A stretch of DNA of 64,000 nt from positions 119,979-183,978 of the forward strand of contig CAWHCF010000052.1 in assembly GCA_963827655.1 (NCBI GenBank), written 5' to 3'. The stretch is from an uncultured Acidobacteriota bacterium. Lineage in GTDB: Bacteria; Acidobacteriota; UBA6911. Below are positions 50,652 to 62,647 of this stretch, piece by piece (the first letter of the stretch is position 1; every line of letters starts with the position of its first letter). Below the pieces are notes generated by a model, which did not search any database, was not told where the DNA came from, and saw only the letters and a list, made by a program, of their open reading frames with translations. A program made the position numbers and the translations under genes.

Positions 50652-51496
50652 GGATAGTGGAACAAAGGCCCGATTTCGAGAATGGGTGCCCCACCCAACG
50701 GTTCTCCACTGTTTCTGATAACGGGTTTTACGTCATCTTCGCGTGTTCGGGCCGGCAATTTTCCGCAACGCCGGGTATTGTATCACCGTTTTTTCCGGAC
50801 TCGTTTCCGAGGGATCCTCTGTGCAGGCACACCGGGATCGTGCGGCTCAATCCGGCGTTGTCGTCCTCAATTCAGGAGATCACGGCCTCAGGGGAAATAG
50901 GCGGGGCACGGGTAGGAAAACCGAGGCACTCCAGGATTCCGCGAATGGCCTCGGGCGAATGGATGGCGGCCATGATCCTCATGCGCCCACGACAGCGATG
51001 GCACTCGAGAACGTCCACTTCCCACACGCGTTTCATGAGCTCAGCCCACGTATAGTTGCGTGGATGGCAACGACCGGGCAGGGACTTCTCGTCATGAGAG
51101 GATTGTTTGCCGGCGCTGCATCCGTCATGAGCAACGGGATCCACGGCGTCAAGTGCTGCTGCTGCCAGCGGAACGATCGACGACCGCCAACCGGCTGCCG
51201 GGGCCAGGATTCCGTGGTATCTGACCTGGTTGAACCTGGGCGGAGGAACCAAAGCAGCGAGCTTGGCAACGAACTCCAGCCGTTCGAAGACGACATGCGT
51301 GGTGCCGTCGCGCCAACGATGCTTGAGATGATACAGCGGCCGGCCATCCGGTAAAGCGGACAGACGCTCGGTGGCTACCGCCGGCCGGGCCACATAACGG
51401 CAGAGTTTTCCCAACTGGCGCCGGGCCCTGGCGGGGATGCAGACGTTTGCGTGCAGGCTGAAACCCGAAAAGGATGCGCACCTTGGAGCTGACCGC
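50652..51496 (-). mobile_element. Partial IS91-family element (oriIS end plus 3' part of the transposase)
   Basis: Near-identical to 55038..55883; minus-strand end TTTGTTCCA-CTATCC. Confidence 0.92.
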
Positions 51497-51775
51497 GGCG
51501 AATGCCGAACGCGCGGCGAAGGCGATTCAAGACAAGTTGGACCGTCTGGACGAACCGTTCCTCTTCGAGCGCTCGATCGACATTCATAACTCTTCTTCCC
51601 GAAGGAATCGCGTTCGACGGAAATCGCTTTGTTCGAACGCGCGTAACTGCTCCCTTTCAGCTACTTGCGGAGAATCGAAACCAGGATTGAAGGTTTGGTG
51701 GACCAGATTTGTGCGAGTTCGAACCCATTGATCAGCTGGCTTCAGCGAGTGGACGCGCTGAGGCAGGCGGCATAG
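51497..51775 (+). pseudogene. C-terminal remnant of a probable large serine recombinase
   Basis: 'AERAAKAIQDKLDRLDE.FLFERSID' and 'FPEGIAFDGNRFVRT...LVDQ..ASSNPLISWLQRVDALRQAA*'; contains TGGTGGACC, the reverse complement of a tRNA-type 3' end. Confidence 0.55.
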
Positions 51776-51831
51776 AACGCCCGCAACCCGCTTGGTCGAA
51801 GCAGAACATCCGATCGCGAGCGGCCCTGCCG

Positions 51832-54699
51832 TCAACGCGAGCTTTCGTCCGGGCGTTCGAACAAGACGAGGTCGCTGAGGGCCTCCTGTCTGCCGAAGAT
51901 GAGCGATGAGCCATCGCTCGTCCAGGTGATGCCTCGTGGACGCACCTCGCCGGGGAACTCGATCAGCTTCCGGAACGGTTGTGAACTGTCGGGTTCAACG
52001 ATCCAGATCGAAGCGTTAGCACTGCCCGGGACTCCGACCGCTGCCAGTCGCTTGCCGTCTTGCGCCCAGGCCAGGAACCCGTTCGTCAGAGCAGGGCCGT
52101 CCGGCAGCGTTGAGTACAGCGCCTCGCCACGGCTGTTCACAAACTTCAAGAATGTGCGACCAGGCCCGCGTGGCTCCAGATACGCGATCACGTCGCCGTG
52201 AGGTGACCACGCAGGTGAGTGAGCTCCGCTTGGCGTCGGCAGTCTGCGCGCGGCTCCATCGTTCACCGCAACAATGGAGAGCTCTGGTACGGTTCCAGCG
52301 GGCACAGCATGAGCGATGTGTTGGCCATCTGGCGACCACGTCAGGGTGTCAAGGACCGGCGTGGTCGCGAGGCGTCGGAGCGTCCCGCCTTCGCTGTTCA
52401 CGATCCAGATACTGCGCTGCCCACCGCGATCCGAGACGAAGGCGACCTGCCGTCCGTCGGGTGAAAACGACGGTTGCTCCTCAAAAGCCGCGTCCGAGGT
52501 GAGAGGGCGAATGTCCGATCCGTCCGCGCCGGCCGTCCAGAGATTTCGGTTCCCAGAGCGCGACGAGCTGAAGACCATCCGGCCGGTCTGCGTCGACACG
52601 CAAGGGTCCAGATCGCCGCTGAAGCCGTCGGTAAGCTGGTGCAACTGGATCTTTTCCGCCACGGCCACCGGGACCGATACCAGCGCCTGTCGGTGCTCGA
52701 CGAGCGTGCTCACGAGTGTCCGACCATGCGCAGACATGCGCGGCTCGGCATACTCGCCGATTCCTCTCGTGAGCCGCTGCGGCTCGTTCACGTTCAGCCG
52801 GCGCCACCAGAGATCAAGATCGACACCGTTCGGATTCGCCGCGTAGAGCAGACCTCCGTCGGCGGTCGGAAGTGGAAAGAGCGCCCGGCGCGTCGTGCGC
52901 ACGACGGTCTGCGGCTCTCCACCGCTCGCGGACACGCGAACGATCTCCGATGGCTCGCCATTCCACGTCGCGATGGTCTGAACGAAGTACACAAACTGGC
53001 CGTCGGCCGACCACGCTGGCCAGTGCGTATGCACACCACCTCGCGCGGGCACGATGTCTCGGGGATTCGCACCGTTGGCGTCGGCAACAACGATCGTGTC
53101 GCCGCGGGTTTCACCGGGACGGACGTAGACGATCCGGCTCCCATCTGGTGACCATCGGAGTGCGCCGGCGGTTTCGACAAATCTTCTCGGCGTTCCGCCA
53201 AGTGGGGCAGGGATGAGCCAGGTGTCAAATGTCGGCGCCGTACTGCCACTCGGCCTTGCCTGCACGGCAATGCTGCTCCCGTCTGGGGAAATATCGAGGC
53301 CTCCGATGGCCGAGCGAACCTGAATGTCGAGCGACGCCGACGCCGTCAGGTTGGCTGGCTCCCCTCCTGCCGTAAATTTGACCCAAACGTCGGTGGGGCC
53401 GCGTGCATCCGATAGGTACGCCACCCATTTGCCGTCGGGCGAGAGAGCCGCGCCGAACTCCTGGGCTGGCGTCGCTGTGAGGCGAAGCACGCGTGAGAAG
53501 AAAGGGCGCTCCTCAACTGGCGCGGGTCGAATGAGCCAGACAGCCAAGCCACCGCCGATCGCCGCGGCGAGCACCAGGCTCCATCGCAGCGCGCGGCGCC
53601 ACACCATGGCGTGTCGGGTCGCGGCGGACGTTGGGGCAATTGGAAGAGGCTCGTCCAGGTCCGCGTGCGTGTCGCCGATATCACGCAGCCGTCGTTTGGC
53701 ATCCTTGGCGAGGCATCGTTCCAGAAGTCGACGGACGCCTGGCGGCGTCGCGGCCGGCAGTCGTGAGAGGTCCGGTTCCCGTTCGAGAATCGCCGCGATC
53801 GTATCGGAGATGGTTGCACCCGAGAACGCCGTCCGGCCGGTCAGCACCTCGTACAGCACGCAGCCGAACGCCCAGATATCGGTTCGCTTGTCGACCGCCA
53901 GACCGCGCGCCTGTTCCGGGCTCATGTAACTGGCGGTCCCTAGAACGATCCCTTCACGGGTTTCACCCGTGGTCGGCGTTCCCTGGCCCGGGGCGTCGGA
54001 CGCCGCGGCTTTCGCCAGTCCGAAGTCGAGCACCTTGACCGTGCCGTCGGGCCTAACCTTGATGTTGGCTGGCTTGAGATCTCGATGGACGATTCCCCGC
54101 TCGTGCGCGGACTCAAGGGCATCGGCAATCTGATGAGCAATGGTCAATGCCTCGACAACGGGCACAGGCCCGCGCTGCAACCGGTCCGCGAGCGTGGAAC
54201 CATCCACAAGTTCGAGGACGAGGGCGTTCAGGCCGTCTCCCTCTTCGACACCGTAAATCGCCGCAATATGCGGGTGATTCAACGCGGCGAGCAACCGCGC
54301 TTCCCGTTGGAAGCGGGCCAGGCGTTCCGGGTCGGCGGAAAAGGCGCGCGGCAGTACTTTGACGGCGACTTCGCGTCCGAGCCTCTCGTCTCGCGCGCGG
54401 TACACTTCGCCCATGCCGCCGACGCCAAGAAGATCCAGGAGTTGATACGGTCCAATGCGACGTCCCGTCAGCAATGACGTGGCAGGATCAGGGTCTATGA
54501 GTCGTGCAGCCATCGCCATAGCTGGGTGTCCGAGAAAATTCTCGGCCGACGCCGGTTGGGCGAGCAGCGACTCCACCTCCTGCCGCAGCGTCTCGTCGTC
54601 GCCGCACGCTTGGTGGACAAACGTGTCCCGCGCGTGCGGATCGCGCGCCAGCGCCTCATGGTAGATTCGCGAAACCTGCCGCAGTCGTTCAGGCGTCAT
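51832..54699 (-). CDS. Ser/Thr protein kinase with TM helix and TolB-like (PD40) beta-propeller
   Basis: [33 protein letters not shown]; repeated SPDG. Confidence 0.95.
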   Translation of the reverse strand: MTPERLRQVSRIYHEALARDPHARDTFVHQACGDDETLRQEVESLLAQPASAENFLGHPAMAMAARLIDPDPATSLLTGRRIGPYQLLDLLGVGGMGEVYRARDERLGREVAVKVLPRAFSADPERLARFQREARLLAALNHPHIAAIYGVEEGDGLNALVLELVDGSTLADRLQRGPVPVVEALTIAHQIADALESAHERGIVHRDLKPANIKVRPDGTVKVLDFGLAKAAASDAPGQGTPTTGETREGIVLGTASYMSPEQARGLAVDKRTDIWAFGCVLYEVLTGRTAFSGATISDTIAAILEREPDLSRLPAATPPGVRRLLERCLAKDAKRRLRDIGDTHADLDEPLPIAPTSAATRHAMVWRRALRWSLVLAAAIGGGLAVWLIRPAPVEERPFFSRVLRLTATPAQEFGAALSPDGKWVAYLSDARGPTDVWVKFTAGGEPANLTASASLDIQVRSAIGGLDISPDGSSIAVQARPSGSTAPTFDTWLIPAPLGGTPRRFVETAGALRWSPDGSRIVYVRPGETRGDTIVVADANGANPRDIVPARGGVHTHWPAWSADGQFVYFVQTIATWNGEPSEIVRVSASGGEPQTVVRTTRRALFPLPTADGGLLYAANPNGVDLDLWWRRLNVNEPQRLTRGIGEYAEPRMSAHGRTLVSTLVEHRQALVSVPVAVAEKIQLHQLTDGFSGDLDPCVSTQTGRMVFSSSRSGNRNLWTAGADGSDIRPLTSDAAFEEQPSFSPDGRQVAFVSDRGGQRSIWIVNSEGGTLRRLATTPVLDTLTWSPDGQHIAHAVPAGTVPELSIVAVNDGAARRLPTPSGAHSPAWSPHGDVIAYLEPRGPGRTFLKFVNSRGEALYSTLPDGPALTNGFLAWAQDGKRLAAVGVPGSANASIWIVEPDSSQPFRKLIEFPGEVRPRGITWTSDGSSLIFGRQEALSDLVLFERPDESSR

Positions 54700-55037
54700 C
54701 GGCCTGTGCGCCCCCGAGCTCCCGACGCAGCCAGGCTCGCGCCAGTTTCCAATCGCGCATGACGGTTTGAGCCGAGACGTCGAGCACAGCCGCGGTTTCC
54801 TCCACGCTCAGCCCGCCGAAAAACCTGAGCTCAAACGACCCGGCTCTTGCGCTCATGAAGCTTCGCGAGCGCTTCGAGCGCCTCATCGAGCGCGACGAGA
54901 TCCTGGCTCTTTTCGGACGTGACGAAGCGCTCGCCGAGTGAAACCCGGAGTGGATTGCCCCCTCGTTTCTGATAACGCCGCGCCCGCGCGACATCCACCA
55001 GGATCCGGCGCATCAGTCGAGCGGCCATCGCGAGAGC
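54689..55037 (-). pseudogene. ECF sigma factor (kinase-associated type), 5'-truncated by IS91, with a frameshift
   Basis: [13 protein letters not shown]...KRGG; [30 protein letters not shown]; N-terminus replaced by oriIS. Confidence 0.88.
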
Positions 55038-56870
55038 GGATAGGTGGAACAAAGGCCCGTTTTCGAGAATGGGTGCCCCACCCAACGGTTCTCCACTGTT
55101 TCTGATAACGGGTTTTACGTCATCTTCGCGTGTTCGGGCCGGCAATTTCCCGCAACGCCGGGTATTGTATCACCGTTTTTTCCGGACTCGTTTCCGAGGG
55201 ATCCTCTGTGCAGGCACACCGGGATCGTGCGGCTCAATCCGGCGTTGTCGTCCTCAATTCAGGAGATCACGGCCTCAGGGGAAATAGGCGGGGCACGGGT
55301 AGGAAAACCGAGGCACTCCAGGATTCCGCGAATGGCCTCGGGCGAATGGATGGCGGCCATGATCCTCATGCGCCCACGACAGCGATGGCACTCGAGAACG
55401 TCCACTTCCCACACGCGTTTCATGAGCTCAGCCCACGTATAGTTGCGTGGATGGCAACGACCGGGCAGGGACTTCTCGTCATGAGAGGATTGTTTGCCGG
55501 CGCTGCATCCGTCATGAGCAACGGGATCCACGGCGTCAAGTGCTGCTGCTGCCAGCGGAACGATCGACGACCGCCAACCGGCTGCCGGGGCCAGGATTCC
55601 GTGGTATCTGACCTGGTTGAACCTGGGCGGAGGAACCAAAGCAGCGAGCTTGGCAACGAACTCCAGCCGTTCGAAGACGACATGCGTGGTGCCGTCGCGC
55701 CAACGATGCTTGAGATGATACAGCGGCCGGCCATCCGGTAAAGCGGACAGACGCTCGGTGGCTACCGCCGGCCGGGCCACATAACGGCAGAGTTTTTCCA
55801 ACTGGCGCCGGGCCCTGGCGGGGATGCAGACGTTTGCGTGCAGGCTGAAACCCGAAAAGGATGCGCACCTTGGAGCTGACCGCAGGGCTGCATTTTCCTC
55901 TTCAGTCTGATCTCCAAACCCTGTCAGAAGACTTCCCGCACGCGGGCCAAGGGCAACACGCCCCTGCGCGGAGGCGGCATAGAGTTCGGCGAGCAGCGGC
56001 TGATCGCGCCGCAGCGGGTCCGCTTCGTCCGGATCCGCCTCTCGCCCCAGTCCCCGCCGTTCGAGCAGCCGCGCGATGCGGCGGGCGATGCGAGCCGTGA
56101 CCCGGGCCACCTCGGCATCGCCGGGAGGAGGCAATCTCCTGAATCGAAGCCGTTGCCGATCGTCCAGATAGTAGACTCCGTCGAGCACCAAGCTGTGAAA
56201 GTGGACGTTGAGGTTAACCGCGCCCCCGAAGCGTTGCACGAAGGTCACGACGCCGCATTGAGCCTTTCGGATGCCGGCATAAGCGCGGGCCTGGCGGCGG
56301 AGCGAGGCAAATACAGCCCGGATGAAGATACCAAGGACATCGCTCACCAGACGAGAATCATAAGCCAGGCGGTAACGCAGGGCGACGGGGAAAGAAAGCA
56401 CCCACTGCCGGATCGGAACTTCCGGCAGAACCCGATCCACGAGGTGAGCGGCGGTCTCGGCCATCCTCCTCCCGCCGCAAGAGGAGCAGATCCCGCGCCC
56501 CTTGCATGAGAAGGCTACGACGCGATCCTGTCCGCAGGCATCGCAGTGAACTCTCAGAAACCCATTCGCCAAAACGCCGCACTCGAGAAACTTCCGCAGC
56601 TCGCGCTCGACGAACCGCGGAACCACGCGATCGCGCCGGCGTTGCCCCGCCAGGAAGTTCTCGAGGTCTCCAGCGACCACATTATAGAGAACGCTTTCGG
56701 CCGGGTTGCGCGGTGCGTAACCTGCGCTGGATTCGCATACGGCCAGAGCATCATCCAGCGGCCCGCAGCCGCCAATCTGGGAAACGCGTGCAACATATCG
56801 GCACAACATGGAAGCCGCGGATCCCCCCTGTGTTTGGGAGCCTCAATGGATCTAACCGCCCGAGTCGAAA
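55038..56870 (-). mobile_element. IS91-family rolling-circle element (terIS boundary approximate)
   Basis: oriIS-like end TTTGTTCCACCTATCC on the minus strand; encodes a HUH transposase. Confidence 0.85.
55259..56809 (-). CDS. IS91-family transposase (Zn-binding plus Y2/HUH domain)
   Basis: CDAC...SCKGRGICSSC, RQWVLS, NVHFHSLVLDG (HUH), LCRYVARP, VRYHGILAP, C-terminal CHRC. Confidence 0.94.
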   Translation of the reverse strand: MLCRYVARVSQIGGCGPLDDALAVCESSAGYAPRNPAESVLYNVVAGDLENFLAGQRRRDRVVPRFVERELRKFLECGVLANGFLRVHCDACGQDRVVAFSCKGRGICSSCGGRRMAETAAHLVDRVLPEVPIRQWVLSFPVALRYRLAYDSRLVSDVLGIFIRAVFASLRRQARAYAGIRKAQCGVVTFVQRFGGAVNLNVHFHSLVLDGVYYLDDRQRLRFRRLPPPGDAEVARVTARIARRIARLLERRGLGREADPDEADPLRRDQPLLAELYAASAQGRVALGPRAGSLLTGFGDQTEEENAALRSAPRCASFSGFSLHANVCIPARARRQLEKLCRYVARPAVATERLSALPDGRPLYHLKHRWRDGTTHVVFERLEFVAKLAALVPPPRFNQVRYHGILAPAAGWRSSIVPLAAAALDAVDPVAHDGCSAGKQSSHDEKSLPGRCHPRNYTWAELMKRVWEVDVLECHRCRGRMRIMAAIHSPEAIRGILECLGFPTRAPPISPEAVIS

Positions 56871-58001
56871 TCGAGCTAACTTTTCTTGGGTGGCTCAGAA
56901 ATGTCTCAAAAAAATGCTTGACAAGTTCTCTTGCGAGGCCGAATGCGGCCGTTGCCACGGTTCTTACCAAGGGTCAGTAATTTCCTCAGGGCCTGGGCCG
57001 AGGGGGCGGTCAGGTGGGAGCGGAAAGGAGAAACAAGCGGAAAAAGAATCGAATCGCGGCGGCAGACCCATTCACGGCTGGCGCCGGGCCAGGCCCATCA
57101 TGGCCGACCCTCCAATCATGGCCAGGAATCGCTTCAGTGCCGGTGGTACGACCTGATGTTCGCGGTCGTGGTGAACGCGGCCTCTCGGAGTGGGTTGGGG
57201 GCGACAGCCGGGTGTGGATCCCGTCATGACGATCGCGTTTCCTCGGGCGCCGCGGTGTGCCGGTGGTCCCCTGATGACGGACTGAGGACCGTGGGCCATG
57301 GACGATGTGGTGGGGGGCGAGGGGATGGTGGGCCGTCCCCTCGCGTGAGGCAGTCGGGGCCTACTCGTCCAGCGCCGCCGCCGTGGATCTCACTCGGCGC
57401 GCGGAAGCTCTTGCCGGTGAAGCGGAGGATGGTGGAAATTGAGGGGGGAAGGCCGAAAATCGGAGGGGCCGCGGCGCAGCCCCCGATACAGAGCGCAGTG
57501 CTTAGCGGCGCCTAGCGAGATCGTAGACGAGACCCGCTAGGCCGCCCGAGAGGGCGCCGATCGCGGCTCCCTTCTTGCCGCCGGCGGCGGAGAGAGCGGT
57601 GCCGATCTACTTCGTCAAGCTGGCAGAGTTGACAGCGGTTATGGGTGATGGTGTCCTGAAAGCGAGCTGGAGGCATTGCCCTCGTTACTGATCGGCCACA
57701 CGAGCAAATACGAGATGATCCAGCACAACTCGAACCAGGCAAACAGCCCCGGCCATTCGACCACCGTGGCCCATGGTACGCTGCAGGACGGGCGCTCGTT
57801 CCAGTACCACAAGTTCGACCGGAACAACGAGACGATCAGCATCAACATCAGTTTCAAGTGAATCGGGCATTGCGAGGCCGGGCGATAGATTCACCCGGCT
57901 CCCGCTCGTGCGTAGCCAAAGAGAGACGTGGGGGAAAATACTGGTGCTTCCGCTACCTACTGTTGGTAATCAGCCTTCATCTACTTCTGGTAAAAGGAAC
58001 T

Positions 58002-58582
58002 TGTGCGTGGGGAATTGATAATTGCGGCCACAATCCGCTTCTTTACTCTTTCATGGTATCATTCGGAATGCGCGATCTAATCCTCCTATTCGTCCATGTC
58101 CTCGCCACTTCTAGTCGTCTCGTGCGACCCGGAGGCGTGCGGTCCGTTCTCGCAGAGTCCGTTCTGCTTAAACACCAATTGCTGATTTTGAATCGTTCCC
58201 ACCGCCGGGCACCAATCTTCGGGGATCGGACCGGCTGATCGCTGGATTGTGCGCTCTACTTGTTCTGCCAAGACGGCTGGTTCGGTCGGCAGTCGTGGTG
58301 AAACCGTCAACCCTGTTGAATTTCCATCGCGCGCTGGTTCATCGAAAATACCGGCTGCTGTTTTCCCCTTTTGGACACCTGTCGACCTGGGAATCGAAGC
58401 TAGCGGAGTTCAAAGGACTATTACAATCGCCATCGCACTCACTCCAGTCTCACCGGCAAAACACCGGAAGAAGCTCCTGGCGTCAAGGTGTCCGCGACGT
58501 TGAAGTCATATCGATGGAAAGAACATTGTCACGGATTATTTCAGACGCCAACGGCGGCATAATTACGAACTCGCCATGCACA
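58002..58582 (+). mobile_element. Internally deleted IS481-like (integrase-core) element
   Basis: TIRs TGTGCGTGGGGAATT / AACTCGCCATGCACA; N-terminal 'VLAESVLLKHQLLILNR...KPSTLLNFHR' joined to C-terminal 'YYNRHRTHSSL'; DDE core missing. Confidence 0.75.
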
Positions 58583-58699
58583 GGCTCATGATCGATAGGA
58601 CCAGAAATCCTCAGTTCGAACCACTGCCTATCTGTTACCCAGGCGTTACCCGTGAGCGATCTTCAATTTTGTCTTTTTGGATAAACTATTGATTTTAAA

Positions 58700-58746
<47 letters not shown>

Positions 58747-58847
58747 TTCGACGGCGGAACTCAGAGGATCTCAGAGTATCTGTAATTCCAATAAAACCAG
58801 TAGACTAAGGAGATTCGTGCTTCTGAGTATTCCCGGGTTCTACTGAA

Positions 58848-58891
58848 TTCTGACTCCAAAATCGTCGATTCTGACTCCATTTCTGCCTCCA
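58848..58891. repeat. Three TTCTG(A/C)CTCCA direct repeats (arm-type sites)
   Basis: Copies at 58848, 58869 and 58881, beside the tRNA fragment. Confidence 0.7.
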
Positions 58892-59063
58892 ACTTACGTC
58901 GAACGGAGTGCCTCCAAAACTCACACGTTCTGCCTGATTCAACGCGGCGCGGTGCGCTCACATTAAGGATCTTGTTCGAGGCGATCCGCATCTCGCCCTC
59001 GTGGTCCACGACGTACTCGCCGCTCAGCCCATCACCGCGCCCTATCATACTTTTAAGACAACG

Positions 59064-59094
59064 TTGACGATCGGGATGTAAGACGCTATCTTAC
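59064..59094 (+). promoter_or_regulatory. vapBC promoter with operator; probably a leaderless transcript
   Basis: TTGACG-N17-TATCTT, IR GTAAGA-N5-TCTTAC, ATG 7 nt after the -10 box, no RBS. Confidence 0.7.
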
Positions 59095-59099
59095 TCGCT

Positions 59100-59351
59100 A
59101 TGAAGACGACGGTTTCCACGAAAGGCCAAATCATTCTCCCCGCGGAAATCCGGCAGCAGGATGGCATCGAGCCGGGTCAAGAGTTCGAGGTCGAGCGCAT
59201 CGACCGCGGTGAATATCGGCTGAAACGAAGAGAGCGACGGCGTAATGAAGGCCTGGTCAAACTACTACTCGCCTGTCCGGTAAAGGGTTGGTTCAGCCCG
59301 ATAGATCGCAGGGAAACCACTGACCACATAAAAGTACCTAAGCTCTCATGA
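59100..59351 (+). CDS. vapB: AbrB/MazE-type antitoxin (VapB)
   Basis: TTVSTKGQIILPAEIR...GIEPG. Confidence 0.9.
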   Translation: MKTTVSTKGQIILPAEIRQQDGIEPGQEFEVERIDRGEYRLKRRERRRNEGLVKLLLACPVKGWFSPIDRRETTDHIKVPKLS

Positions 59352-59755
59352 CGTACCTGGTCGATGCAAACGTGCTCAGCGAACCGACGAAGCCAGTGCC
59401 GAGCAGCAAGGTCATCGACTGGTTGACGGCTAACGAGCGGAATCTTGCCGTGGACTCCATTATTGTGGGTGAACTGTGCGTCGGGATTCTCTCACTTCCG
59501 CACGGACGTAAGCGGAGACAGCTCGAACAGTGGTTTGAGGACGTGCTCCAGACGGTAGATTGCCTTCCCTGGGACGTTACGATCAGCCGACGTTGGGCCA
59601 AACTCGTGGTGGATGTGAAGCGGAAGGGAGACACGTTGCCGCTGCTGGATAGCATGATCGCTGCCACGGCGCTTCAACACGAACTCACTGTTGCCACGCG
59701 CAACACACGTGATTTCGAGCGGGCTGGCGTAAAAGTGTTGGACCCTTTTCTGTGA
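59348..59755 (+). CDS. vapC: PIN-domain toxin VapC
   Basis: YLVDANVLSE, GEL, DSMIAATA, ATRNTRDF. Confidence 0.93.
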   Translation: MTYLVDANVLSEPTKPVPSSKVIDWLTANERNLAVDSIIVGELCVGILSLPHGRKRRQLEQWFEDVLQTVDCLPWDVTISRRWAKLVVDVKRKGDTLPLLDSMIAATALQHELTVATRNTRDFERAGVKVLDPFL

Positions 59756-60442
59756 TCTGCTCATAGCTCTTCCGTTCCTCGACCTCCGTCACTTGTTTCT
59801 CCCATCAACGATCGGGGGCGTGCATGATCCTCCTCCTGTTCAGACTACACAATTGGGTAAGGATCAGAATCAACCACCTCGGGGCGTGTGCTTCGTTTTA
59901 CATGGAGGAACGGCTGTCCGTCATCGTAGGCCCTGGCATGGACGATGTTGGACATTAGGGACGCTGTCTTGCAGGCATCTTCTATCAAGACCGGTCGTTA
60001 CGCACGCAAATCTCCGATTGTCACCATTTCTGGAAAAAGGCGACAATATGACGCCCTTTCTAATATGCTCGATGCGTATGTACAACAGCTCATCACGCGA
60101 AGAGGAACCGCACCGGCAATGATCCGAACTGGAATCGGATGCCGCCCCGGTGGTGGATCGCCGGAAAGCTCCATGGCGCATTCTGGGGTAAGAAGACGAC
60201 AACTATGAGTCACATGCTGTAGCGCCTGTGGCAGCTAGCATGGCGTAGTTTAGTCAGCTGCTCGAATGTTTTCCTGACGACGGGCCCGGCTTTCCAGCAT
60301 TTCGATAAAACTAACTCGTGCTCGCCATGCTGGGTCGTCGCGTACCTGCTCATCGTTACGGATACACGTCCTCGCCTTCTGGTGCTTCCGCCATCGACTG
60401 TTGGTAACTCGGTCGTAACACCCGTCCATAGTAAGAACTCTT

Positions 60443-61568
60443 ATGACAATCGGTACTACTCGTAAATCAAACTGCCGGGAAGAAAATGGTAGAGCACGGA
60501 TCAAAGGTGTGTGGCTGTCTTGCTTGATTGCGAGCGTGACCGTCCTGGGCCTGGCAGCCAACGGGACGGTTGCCCCGGCGCGCGACCGACTTTCCGACCA
60601 TGAATCCCTTGCAGCCGGCTCTCAGAGGCTCTACCGACGTCTTCGTCGCAACGGTGACGCCTGACGGCCCTCAGCTCCTCTACTCCACCTACCTCGGTGG
60701 CAATGGCAATGAATTCGGCAGCAGCATCGCCGTTGATACCCGCGGCAACGCCTTCGTAACGGGTGAGACCGATTCGACCGACTTTCCAACCGCGAATCCC
60801 TTGCAGCCGGTGATCAAGGGACCCAGCGACGCGTTCGTGGCAAAGGTGAAGTCTGACGGATCTGAGCTCCTGTACGCCACCTACCTCGGCGGTACTGGCT
60901 TTGAAGCGGGCGCCGGCAACGCTTACGTGACGGGTGATACTAATTCGACCGACTTCTCGACCGTGAATTCTCTGCAGCCGGCTCTCAGAGGTTCCTTCGC
61001 AGGCTTTGTGGCTAAGATTGGGAAGGCGCGGTATGACAAGGTCCTGGCTGCCAACACCCTTGGTACTTGTTCATCTCTCGTGTCTCCTGGGGCCATCTGG
61101 AAATATCTGGACAACGGCTCGAACCAGGGAACAGCGTGGCGTGAACCGAATTTTATTGCTGATTGGTCGCAAGGTCCTGCGGAATTGGGCTACGGCGATG
61201 GGGATGAAGCGACCGTGGTGAGCTACGGACCGAACCCGAATAACAAATACATTACAATCTACTTCCGGCACTCCTTTAACGTTACCAACCCCGCCTTTGC
61301 GGATTTAACCCTTCGGGTTCTCCGGGACGACGGCGCTGTGGTTTATCTAAATGGCAACGAGGTCTTCAGATCAAACCTGCCCGCTGGGACAATTTCATAT
61401 ACCACCCCGGCCTCCGCGGCGGTGGAGGATCCGCCATCGACCTACCATGAGGCCCATGTCAATCCCAGTCTTTTAGTGAACGGCACCAATGTCATCGCCG
61501 TCGAGATTCATCAGGTCGATGGTCTAACCTTGAGCTCATCGAATGCGATACCGTTCGATTCGCCGTGA
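60443..61568 (+). pseudogene. Mosaic secreted-protein remnant: signal peptide, SBBP repeats and a beta-sandwich module
   Basis: 'LLYSTYLGG...IAVDTRGNAFVTG.T.STDFPT' repeats joined to 'WKYLDNGSNQGTAWR...GPAELGYGDGDE'; signal peptide in a different frame. Confidence 0.7.
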
Positions 61569-61801
61569 TGACCCGTCGCCACATAAGGCTTCGGAAGGGT
61601 CTGAGCCACATTCCAGGGTAGAGCTCGCTCTTGCGACGATCTCATGATGATCCGCGCCGCAGACCAAATTTTTTCACACGTTCTCACGGCCGGGCCTACG
61701 CTCTGTCGGCCTTTCAGGCCTCAACTGCTCCAATACGTTACTATCATTGCAAACAGCAAGGCGGTAGAAAGCTTAGAAAACTAACGCACTCCAAAGCACG
61801 C

Positions 61802-62210
61802 CTATTCCTTCTCTGCCAGCTTCTCGTTTGCTTCCCGCAAGCGGCCTGTCAGAAGGCGGATGATGGCGTTCATGATCTGCGGGTGGCCGCTCATCACCTC
61901 GAAAAAGTCTTCCTGAGTGACTTTGAGCAGAGTGGTATCTTCCAGCACCGCTGCATCGGCCGAGCGCGGCGCCTGATCGAGGACAGCCATCTCTCCCAGA
62001 CACTGCCCCTTGCGCAGCACTGCCAGTTCCTTGCCCCCCTTCTGGATGCGGACAGCACCGGCGGCCACGATGTACAGACAATCGCCGTAGTCTCCATCGG
62101 AAAAAATGGTGGCATGCGCAGGGAAAGACACTTCCTCGGTTATTTGCGCGACACGGGACAGGGTCTCCGCTGGAATCTCGGCAAATAGACTGCTCTTCAA
62201 GACCGAGATA
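61802..62210 (-). pseudogene. cNMP-binding domain fragment
   Basis: LFAEIP, IFSDGDYGDCLYIV, GEMAVL, PRSADA; no convincing start. Confidence 0.75.
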
Positions 62211-62647
62211 GTTTAGATAAACTGTGCCGGTCGAGTGCGGCGCGAGGCGGTTCCACGCCTCCCGCACGCACGCGACATGCCGGGGCGTAACCCAAAGCCT
62301 TCTCTGTGATCAGCAGGCACTACGACTCGGCCGAAGTCCTGCGTCAATCCAGGCGGGAATGTGCGAGCCGATCCCTGGGTCTCGCAACAACATCACTCGC
62401 CGCGGTGAGGTTCGCGATGATTTCCTTTTGCCTTCGTTTATACCAGCGGATTTGGGGCGAGAAACCGGTCTCATTCGCGACACGTTGGTCGCGTTCCGGT
62501 CAAGTGGTCTTGACCACCGCCTGCGCTTGAATCCGAATCGAGCCAACCATCGGCCCAGTGACTGTTGAGCCTTTTCTCCCCGTTATCAGGGTTGAAGAAC
62601 CTTGCTCAAATTGAGAATCCAACATTCGGGGGGAACAGCTTCTCATC

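Noticed and set aside
5522-54900. Programmed frameshifting in DUF6600, the membrane protein at 19740, sulP and the ECF gene
   Set aside because: No shared slippery motif seen; scattered single indels are better explained by sequencing error or decay
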